A program made the translations under genes and the position numbers. DNA of 54,742 nt, the filler included, from Circinaria calcarea (taxonomy: Eukaryota): assembly GCA_051942165.1 (NCBI GenBank). It is 4 parts of 4 records of this genome, joined end to end, with 100 filler letters (N's around TTAATTAATTAA, not from the genome) between each part and the next. Parts side by side here need not be neighbours in the genome. Positions count along the whole stretch, not along the records: positions 41,138 to 54,742 come from JAVECS010000486.1; 3 more parts are not named here. The stretch is one strand, 5' to 3'. Every line of letters begins with the position of its first letter. Within the stretch, counting starts at the first letter, position 1. The notes under the pieces were generated by a model, which was not told the origin of the DNA, searched no databases, and saw only the letters and a list, made by a program, of their open reading frames with translations. Positions 42,651-52,732 of this stretch are shown here, one piece after another.

Positions 42651-43658
42651 GGTGGTTGGGAATACCGTCACGGCCGGAGGAGATACGGTCAAGTTCAACG
42701 CGAGACTTGGGAGGTGATCTCGGCCAAGAGGTCGCCTGATTCACTAGAGTAGCAATGTGCCGATTTATAAGCATCCTAACTCAACGACATCCTATCAGAT
42801 TCATCCGGCTTCCGCGTTCGTAGTTTTGCTATTTAACCGTCCAACTCAGAGTTCCAAGCCAGCCACCATCCAAGGAATTCAGATGGTGATGCCGGGTACA
42901 TTACTCTTGCCTAATAGCAACGCTACTCTATCCGAGTGCCATGCTGAGAACGCCGGTGGCGGGTGCCCTGCCAAGGAACCACTTTGCCTTGCTTCCTAAG
43001 CCTTCCTTCCTTCTGACTACCACTTGAGGCTTAGTGGAGGGGGCAGTGAGCAACTCTGCCTGGATGGGGGTCGGTTCGATGTCGTTATTAGACATCGCAT
43101 GCCTGGCGGCCGCTCCAAGCCTCCTCCCTCGTGTTCGGTGTTTTCGGGAAACTCATCTCCGCGAAATAGCGTCAAGGCTGCATGTGGTACTAGCTGCGGC
43201 GTGTCGTGCGACCACCGTCACCATCGTGTTACTTGAGGCGATCAAGCGTGCGTACCTTGAGGCTCCTGCGACCCTTGTGCTTTCCTTGTGCTGCCTTGCC
43301 CGGCCATCAAAGTTAGCTGCTTGATTCACAGCGGGTATACGCGGCTCCAACGTGGGGTCGGTCGGAAGTTTGACTTGCCGTGAAGGCTACGGATTATGAG
43401 CATCGTCTTCGATAGAATCAGTACGGTGAAGGATGATAAGCTACTCTCTACGTTCGGGATAATGTGAATAGGCTTTTGATATAATTCACCTCGGGTGATA
43501 TAAAACTCGAGCCACTAAGGAGCAAGGAAGTCCCCAAAGACCGAAGCTCCGGGCCTAAATATCCCCCCCCCCTCCAGCTCCCTCCGTTCCCCGCCAAGCC
43601 CGCTAAATTAGGCTCACACACCAATCCACACCGCCGGGACACGCGTTGCCCGTATTTC

Positions 43659-44740
43659 TTATCCCAGCATGTACTGTGGGGAACCAGGCATCGACACGGG
43701 CGTTCCCGGACACATCAGCGATGAATCGCAGGGAGAACCGGCCCTCGAGTGGTCGAAGGAATGTGAGAGGGACAGCGGCGGTGTCTGGCCGAGGATGATT
43801 CGTCAGCGGCATTTCCCAAGACAATGCGGACGGAAAACAGATTCCTGCCGCTCTGCCATGCAACAGAGGAGCAAAAACCGCAAACGAAAGCTAGTGAAAT
43901 CGGAAACTGTACTCGGGATGATTTACATAAGCGGTTGAGTCCGAGTAGGACTGCGTCGTTGGGGCTTCCATCCCCGCCATCGACGAATAACTCATATTGA
44001 ATTGACTGAGCATGTCGTCTTCCGCGAAAGCACCGTCGCTTTTCGTTGCGATGTTATCGTATGATGGCATGCTCGGTAGAGTTGCAGGTAAGGGGGGAAG
44101 ATAGAACGACTGGCCTGGATAGTCGGGATATGGGGCTGGTAGGCTATGGAAGGGCGCATGCTGAGGATATGGGGCGTGGATTGGCGGCGGTTCTGGCATT
44201 GGGTAGGAGTAGGTGAAGGCTGGAGGAGGGGATGCTGATAGCTGCCGTGTGTACTGACGCGAGAACATGCCGGATTGGTCGTCTCTTGTCGACGATGCTT
44301 GAGAATATCGCATATTTGGCGAGCGGTGTTGGTCTGATACGCCGCCTTCGACTTTGGACTTCCTCTTCTTGGCCGGGTCCGCCTCTCTCGGTCGGGGCTG
44401 AGCTTGCGGAACCAGCATAGCATGCGACTGTTCAGGCGAAGCGGATGATGAGCCAGCCCTTCTCTCGAGATCCTCCAATCTTCTCTTTAGCTTCTTGCCT
44501 TTTCCAGCGTCAGCATCTGCGATCAAGATCCGCTTCTCGCCGTAATCCAGTGTACATACGATAGTTACGTTGAGCAATGCGATTTTGTATCCGTCGCCTC
44601 TCGGCGAGATCGGATATCTTGGTCCAGTCTTCGTCGGGATTGGCACTCGGACTCATGGCACTACTGGTGCTGTGGGTGCTTGTGTATCGTGGAGACGTCG
44701 GTGCCGCGAAGGAGTACGAGTAGTTGGGTTGTCGATGCAT
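43659..44740 (-). CDS. bZIP transcription factor (YAP/Fcr3-like basic region)
   Basis: PDEDWTKISDLAERRRIQNRIAQRNYR/KKLKRRLEDLERRA joined across intron 44559-44499. A second probable intron at 43926-43785 leads to a last exon ending at 43659; the unspliced form stops at 43891. Confidence 0.88.
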
Positions 44741-46857
44741 GATAGCTATAGAAGCAACTGAGCGTAGACTGGGGATGGTTGATGGAGAGGGTTGGAGCGG
44801 GATGGTATCAGAGGGAGAGGTTAAGCTTTGGAGTTCCTCGGGACAACTTCAGGTGAAGATCTACAGATGGCGGACGCGGACGTTGTATTTATTCTTCCAC
44901 GCAGGTGTCCCCTCGGCGTGCTTGGAGTCCGTTTTCCCTTTCCCTTCCCCCCCCCACCCCATGTCTGAAGGATCAGCCGACTTGCGGCTTTCACTCTCCC
45001 AGGTGTAGGATGATTCAGCCTTCGGATAGTGGTCCATTAGGTTTCAGGACGTTGGAGCTTTAACCTGGCACGGCGCGTGCGGTTGCCAGAAGTCGAATTT
45101 GGGCACGTTGCTTGGCTGTTGCGCTCACGTCGTGCCTTAGCGCAAAGCCTTTCGTGGACGGGCGGCGACCTATCGGAGGTCCCAAGAGAGCGAGAGGGTG
45201 GTATGCTTGGGTACTCTAAATCGAAACGAATTCCGCCCTTATGCAGCAGAACCCTTGTCGCCGCGTGGGAGAGATGACTGTCCCTCGTTCTCGGGCTAGG
45301 CCGAACCCCCTCAGGCGTAACAATAGAAATTCCAAGTTCCATCGCGCCCTCCATCCACGCAAGGCTGCAGCGTGCAGAAGCGTCGTCTTTTCTCTCGTAT
45401 CCCGTCACATGCCCCACCGTGGCCACTGAGCGTCCATTGGTCGTGGGATGACCAGGCTGTGCATACTCGAACGGAGCGGTCAATGAAATAACCCTGGTAG
45501 AGTGACTTGCGGTTGGGGTCCTGAATGCACCCAAAGGGTGTGCGCCGACTGCGATCACGATCAACTTCAGAGCAGACAGGGCGTATCTAGTGTAGCGTGG
45601 TACGGAAGGGCAGGGTCGCCTTGTGCTCTTCTCTTCGGCGTTTGCTGTGCATTATCGCCGCCAACCTTAATTAACCACCGCGGCGTCCTCCGTACACCAA
45701 CTAGGGCTATCATGAGCGACGGATGAGCTCTCGCTCGTCGTTCAGTCAACAACTGACAACCTCAGTGTAGACAAACAATGGTTATCCGATTGGCAACAGA
45801 CAGAGTGTGGGTGTTGTACAATCTTCGGGTCGTTTACTAATCGCGCATTGGTATGATTGCATGTTTATTGAACCCATTTGGGTTTTGAGTAATCGTCTGG
45901 CGGTGAGCCTCGTCATTGCTACTTGGTGCGGCTGACGTGCCCCGTACAGACACACAATCGTTTGCAAGATAGCACTGGAGGCCAGCATGCATGCCTTGCA
46001 GATGAACGATTCTTGGCCTTGTTATGCTGCTGTTCGTTGTTCGAGTCATCCACTGCTCGAGTTCTCACCGCTTTGTATGTGGTAGACTCCATACAAACAA
46101 ATCAGGCACCCTCCTTCAACCAGCGGTGCCGGCCAACGGAGCAACTCCATTTCCCCAATCCAGTAATCAAATGCGGGCAAGGGTTGCTGGGCGCAGGTTG
46201 TTATGCAGCTGCAAGGATTGCGCAGCCCTGGCCGCAAGTCAAATGGCTTTGTAAGACGTCTAAATTCAGATCTTGATCACGAAAGCAACTCGCTGCCTTC
46301 TCAATGTTCTCCCGCCTCTTCGTTAGTCGACGACCCCCGCATTCCAGCCAAGCAAGAGGAAAGAGTTACACCACACCGATCAACCTGCATGGCAGAGGCA
46401 TCTGCTTAGCAGTCGAATCAAGGGCTCGAAGCTACCTGATTGTGGCTATAGACTTCGCCTACTGTACGATATGCCAGCTGGCTTTGGTACGCTTGATGCC
46501 TCGGTCCTGGATCAGTCAGCAACAGCGGGCTTCCATGCCTAGACGGACGGGTAGCCTCTCCATATGCACGTATTCAGAATGCTGTGCTGCGTGACCTCTT
46601 CTGCATATTCTAGAAGCTCGATCGAACGTTGGCCGTTATGCATAAAATGGCGGTGACAGTCATGTAACCAAAGTTGGGCGGTTCGTGCAAGACAAGGGTC
46701 TGACATCTAACATTCTGCACAGAGCTGACACACTCGTAGATGATAGGTCGATTTAGAGCAGAACCTCTTCTATCCCGCAGAATTTCTTCACCGGAAATAA
46801 GCTCCTAGGGCTCCTAATCCGGTCTTGAAGATTGAGATTGCCTGAAGTTGACTGTAG

Positions 46858-46999
46858 TTTCTGGCCTTGCAGGTTATCAACCTGTACAACAGCAATGATT
46901 CGTTTCTGGCCTTGCAGACTATCGACCTGTACAGCAGCAATGATTCGTTTCTGGCCTTGCAGATTATCAATCTGTACGGCAGCAATAATTCGATTCTGG
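46858..46999. repeat. 45-bp tandem repeat, 3 copies plus a partial copy
   Basis: Unit TTTCTGGCCTTGCAGRYTATCRAYCTGTACRRCAGCAATRATTCG at 46858, 46903 and 46948. Confidence 0.92.
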
Positions 47000-49900
47000 A
47001 TTGATAAGGTACAACCGCTTCTTTATCACACGACCGCTAACACATCTGAAGGACAACTCGTCGATACTGTCGAGTGCCTATGAGGTGTACAAATACACGA
47101 TAACGCAGTGTCCTAGATGTGGCCTTGCTTTATCCGACACCAATGACCCTACCGAGATATTTTCTAGTGAGTCAGAGGTAGGGGAGAGGAACCCATGAAC
47201 ATTTAACAAAGTCCCTCAGGTGAATGATCTCTATTCCACTTAGTTACGACAGATATCTCGGAGACAACACTCCATTATATATACCAACCGCCAGCTGCTC
47301 GTACATGCACAATGCAACCGGTAGCGAATTCTCAAGATCATCATCTCTCTCGGAAATTTCCCCAGGAGCTCTCGAGGCTAGAGGTGTAGGCTTTTTGCGC
47401 GCTTATTAAACGCTCTTACGAAGCCTCGGAACTAGAAGGCCAAAAAGAAGGCCGTGCCCGTGCGGCTGTGGTTTCATCCGCAAGACCCCCTTACTCCCTT
47501 CGCACGTGGCTCCGGTGATATTTGTCACGGTGCGCTGACGGTCCCGAGAGATCTGTCAGGGTTCTGACTGTGAGGATTCGCTGCGGCTGAGCCGTCACGC
47601 TAGTAAGGACTTCACCCTGACTCGAAACTGCGAATAACTTCCGCTGCGCTTTATTTAGGACCCACTGCTCCTTCCTCAGGCCACGGGCGGAGTTGGTCTG
47701 GGCAAAACTACCATGCTGATTTCGTGAGCGGATTTCTTTTGCACGGAATTCGCCGAATTTCGGGCTGTGGTCATGGGCCGTCCAGACAATGTGGCCCAAT
47801 TGGTATAAAAGAAGACGTCGGTGCCTTAAGTTCCAGGCAAATCAGTCTTGAACTCAGAAGTGAAAGACGATACCGTTTGAGAAAGCCTATCCGGATTACG
47901 TCCAATATCCCGAACAGCCTCTGGTAAACATGCGTAATGATGGTGTATCCCGCTCTCGGTCTGGACTCGGCGAATTTCAGGCTCCGTCAGGCGACCAGCT
48001 GTCCGATCCTTCCATCTTGCGTGCTCAAGTTCGCTTAGGGAATCCATCAAAGATAGGGGCCGTCTAATTACCTAACGTTTTCTAGGCATTCTAGAACTAT
48101 ATGATGCTTCCGTTGTGCTAGTGGATCACTCGGGTGCGGCGTAATCAGCAGCCTTGGTCCCTTTAATTTGCATCGATTATCAGCTAGAGACTCGGAACGA
48201 GGACTGGTGTTACTCGTTCCAGTCCTACACAAACCCTATCTAAGCACCGATGGCCAACGCGAACACAAGCGAGGATTCTATGGACTAATTGACCCTAAAT
48301 CGGTCAAAGTGGCCGGCTCTTTAGAATCCTAATCCTTGGCTGAGAAATTGCGGTAGCTGGCTGCCTGGACGATGGTCATACTTATATTCAGCTTGTGCTA
48401 AGATTGCATAAGGATCTTATCTGGATGCTGTTCTGTGACACCTTCTGTTACGATTATTCAGCGTTCTCCAAACAGTCGGTCATTGGCCATTTGTGTTTAC
48501 CGTTAAACTCAACGTATACGCCGATGAGTGGCTATACAAGAGCAACTGATGACAAAGGGGAATATCATATACAGTTTCTGGACCACTCAACGGGATGACT
48601 AGGAAGAAACATTTACAGAATCAGACCAAGTGTCTCGGTAAAGTAGGTACGCTACGTGCTAGCAGCCATCCGACAGTGCGAAACTCAGCCTACACGCAAT
48701 AAGACCGTCAATCAATCGAGCGTCCTCCTTTAACTACATCCCGCTCTGCCGGACGTGGTGATCCACTTCCCAGTTTGAAGTGAAGGAGCTGATCCTCCTG
48801 ATGAAGTTCAGCTATCTGAGTTGTAGTCGATAAGCCAGGGCGGCGAAAATACCCCGTTAAACACGAGACTAATGCGTCCCTCTTTCGTGATGCGTAATAC
48901 TATTATTGTAATCGTTACGATATGGGTACTTGATTATTTCGCTTGCCCTCCCAGGTCGTACAAGTTCCGAAGTTAAAAATAGCTACTCAGTCTCAGCGAA
49001 GCCGGTCCGGAGAAATACGATCGGCGATGCTGTGGGAGTAGGTAAAAATTTCCAGAATTAATTTAGTTAGCGGAAATTAATGTGAAAAGAATTGTATAAT
49101 CACGCCGCCAAGGCTGTTCTGCTCGAAGTGCCTCGGAAGCCGGAAACCGGGTTCTCCGAGGCCCCAATTTAGTGATCTCGGGCTAGAATTGTACGGATCG
49201 TTTTGGGTGAGAAAACAGGGATCAGGGTCAATTTATTCGTAATACGGTCCTGTGTATTCTAGCCGGTTCTCTGTATGTATACATATTTATACCTACTTAT
49301 ACATAATATTGTGCTCTATACGCACCTAGGAAAAATTTCACTGGAGAAAATTTCTGAATTATTTCATCCGATTGGGTTAGATTAAAGTATCATATGGAAA
49401 ATCAAAGCGGACGCGCGTCGTTCATCACAAGCTTCTCCCGCATAGGGAAGGCATTTGAATTATTTCAGAAATCTAGTTTCTAATGTTTTTGTCAGAACCA
49501 TCATGAGGAACCTGTCTGTTGTCTGTCGCTACCCTAGACTCAAAGAGTCAACGGTTGCTACCAGCAGTCAGTTTGAAGAACCTAGGTGAATAAAGGCATC
49601 CTATGACCCTGCTACCCAAAGCTTTCGCTGCTGTGATTGCACCCCTCCGTGTGGTTACATCCCGGGTTCTCGATATGCATTCGGAACCGAGAATGTAAGT
49701 GGTATACCTACGCTCATATCGTTATCTGATCTTGCCTCGGGATTATCAGTCACATAGTATTCATAATCATGTATCTTCCATTTGAACTGCTATTGCACAA
49801 CACGGGGGCCTCAAGCAAGCGTCAAATCAGACCCGAGATACATTTGCCTTTCTTTGATATGATAGAATACTGTCTTCTTCCTCCAGGGTACGAACGTGCG

Positions 49901-50087
49901 AGTTTGAAAACACACAAACTAAAAGGTAACAAAAGAGATAACACATTGCATGAACGTACGCGAGGAGTGGGCACACAGAAAAAGCCCTAAGGGGTTAAGA
50001 GTTCAGAAAGATCACAGCAATCGCAGTAGCCATCTCTGAGCAGAGCAGTCAGACGCAGGTGCGGAGTCGGATAAGAACAATCCTATA

Positions 50088-50131
50088 CCAGGTTACCTAA
50101 TGTCCAGGTTACCCCAACGTCTAGGTTACCC
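50088..50131. repeat. Short tandem repeat (16-17 bp, 3 copies, core C[CT]AGGTTACC)
   Basis: CCAGGTTACCTAATGT CCAGGTTACCCCAACGT CTAGGTTACCC. Confidence 0.75.
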
Positions 50132-50238
50132 TGCTTCGTCTATTTCAAGCAAACCACATGTTTTCAATGAGTGCGTGAAACACCTGAAGCACCATCAGCA
50201 GGTACGTCGTCAGAGCCAGATCGATATCCTGTACCTTC

Positions 50239-50528
50239 TTAGCCGTTCGTGTGCTCAAGACTGGCCATATGTCTCTCCCAATTCTCCAAGTATCTAGCCA
50301 TTGTCTCCGACCGCGCTGATCCAGATTGTCCAGAGGGTTGACCGAGAGAAATATTGAGTCGATCGACTCGATAGCTCGTATCCTGTACTGTTCTGGATGG
50401 TCTGACAACAGGTGCCGATACTCCATTACAGCCACTGGTACTGCGGACATCAGGACCCCTTTAGGGAAAAGATGTTGTCAGTGGGAACTGTGAGAATATA
50501 CATTGAGAAATTAGGACACTCACGACAT
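50239..50528 (-). CDS. Putative small two-exon orphan protein (74 aa)
   Basis: ATG-TC, then a canonical 65-nt intron at 50523-50459 (GTGAGT...ACTGAC...AAG), then an open exon to TAA. Product MSGPDVRSTSGCNGVSAPVVRPSRTVQDTSYRVDRLNISLGQPSGQSGSARSETMARYLENWERHMASLEHTNG. Confidence 0.35.
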
Positions 50529-52300
50529 GTCTTCTTGTAGGGGTTGAACAGACGGTTCAAGGTCAAGGGGGGAAGGACGAGGAACGGTTTGGAAGACTCT
50601 GTCACCGTGGCTTGAAGGAAAGTTTACGTCTGTAGGCTTTACGCACGGGAGATAATGTGATACTGATACTACCACAGAGGGATCGACCGCGACTTAAATG
50701 TTACGACAGAAGCTGAGACCTCGAAGGAAGGGTGTTTAATTCCTCGGCGTCTTACTGTTTAGGGAAAATCCGGCGTTGTTGAGAAACAACAAGTACATTG
50801 GTGAACGAGGCAAACAACCCTTCTGGAAACTAGAATAGGGGACTATCTGATGTTCAATTCAAGAACCACCTGGCGGATACACGATTTAAGTGGTGTACCG
50901 CATTGTGCAAATATAACGTTCCGCCGACACATGCATTGGATCTCGACCAACGAGATGGTCGGGATATCACATCGAGGAGTGCCAATTGTTGCCTGCTGCA
51001 GCACCACCAGTTGCTTCGGGAGTTAGTTACAATGGAAGCATTGCATCTAACCCCCGGATACGACCTTAAGCTACGGGTGGAGCAGGTTGACAGGAACTGG
51101 ACATGCTTCAGCGGCCTATCAGTTAACGTTTATTTATCCAGGTGGCGTGTGGGATGACACTCATGGCTTCCAGCAGATGGCCCATGTTTGAGCTCACTAG
51201 GGATTGTGGCTGAGGAAGTTTATCAAGGCCAGGGAAGGGCATTGGAACCTATCGTGTAATACATCAACAACCTCCTATTCGTCAAAAACTGCTGCTTGAA
51301 GTGGAATCCTTGTTAATCACTGTCGGTGGTTATAGGTGCTTAGGGGACATGCAGCGCCGATTTGTTGGACTATCGTTGCATCTCTATAGAATGAGGTGGG
51401 ATCTTCTCTAATGCCCTAGGCTATCAGCTGCTAGCGCGAGCTGTCTCGTTGCCTCGGCTTCCACGTCTTACAAGTATCCCTATGGCCGCATGTTTAAATT
51501 GGCGCTATCAAACGCTTTATTCTTTGGCGAGCCAATCCGGTATATCGCGCGGACAAAGACACATGGCATATCGCCCGAAACTTGTTTTCCGGACGGGAAC
51601 AAGTGTGCGGGTCGAGTCGAATAGATTGATGATACGTTCAACAATGAAGTTTGCCTTACGAGGATGCGAACCATCGACTATTCCTCCCAGTTTCGATGTG
51701 GCGGTGTATCGTGCACAGCCACCAGCCTGGGAGATCAACAACGATCGGGGAAGTTGGAGCCTCAAATTGCACGAAATTCTTTGGCCGATCCCTGATTTCA
51801 GCAATAGCCACCCTAAGGGAAATTCAAAGGTGCATGCCTCTGTTGTTATCCTGTATACACGTCGAAGACGGAGCTCTCTGTATATTAGATTTGATTGCTA
51901 AGACAGACGACAACTTTATCCAGTCTTTTGAAGGTCCCAATTTGAGGCCCGGCGTATTGAAGTGGTTTTCAATTTGATTTACTGTTCGGCCTCCGAGACT
52001 TGCGCACCAATGATCTGCTGCTGTCAAGCCGAGAGATTCACCGAGGTGTTATCGCATCTGGCGCCACTAAAGGCGCTCACAAGCAAGGGATATACGGCCT
52101 TACATCTCAGGTTATGACAGTTGAGGTTCAGGCCGAGTGCAGATCTCTCAGGCATCACCGAGTCTAAGGGCGCGATGCGACCACGCTACTGCAGACACTC
52201 TCTTCTGCGCAGTCAAGCATCAATTGTGTTTACTGGATAAGTACACATCGGAGCCTGGGTACCTTTTAGCGTCCCTTTGACAGCTGCTTGGATTGATGCG

Positions 52301-52484
52301 TCCGATTGCGTTCGATTGCGTCCGATTGCGCATGCATTCTATCGTATACTTGTTACTGTACGACCCTTCAATGCCCCTCCGTTTGCCAATGTCACGCACG
52401 GACCGAGTCCGGCTCAACTTGCCTAAACAAGGTAAGCTTACCGATCAGGTTAATTCCAAGTCCATGGTACGCCCTCCGATTGCG
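52301..52484. promoter_or_regulatory. Repeated T[CT]CGATTGCG motif, 4 copies, upstream of the permease
   Basis: Three tandem copies at 52301-52330 and one at 52475-52484. Confidence 0.45.
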
Positions 52485-52732
52485 TCATTTGACCATGGAA
52501 CCCCCCGGGTCGGACCTTGCATGGACGCAAACTGAAGTGGGGGTGGCACTTGCTAACCATTAGTCTCCCCCACACACGATCTGTCGCCATTTGAATTTGC
52601 CCCGATGGTCTATGGATAAAAAGGCCCGTACCAGTTCCCCCTTCTCTTTCTTTCCCTCTCGCCCTACTAAAGTCCTGATCGTTGTTTGTCAGTTTCCTCC
52701 GCATCGCCCTTGCCGCCCATCCTTCCCGAAGC

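Noticed and set aside
42900..43000. Possible TPP riboswitch (CTGAGA and GGGTGC nearby)
   Set aside because: The elements are in the wrong order and the conserved TGATCTGG-ATAAT-CCAGCG half is missing.
51449..51977. Overlapping 150-aa and 108-aa ORFs upstream of the permease
   Set aside because: No recognisable domain or consistent splice model; they might be pseudogene debris, but I cannot support a call.
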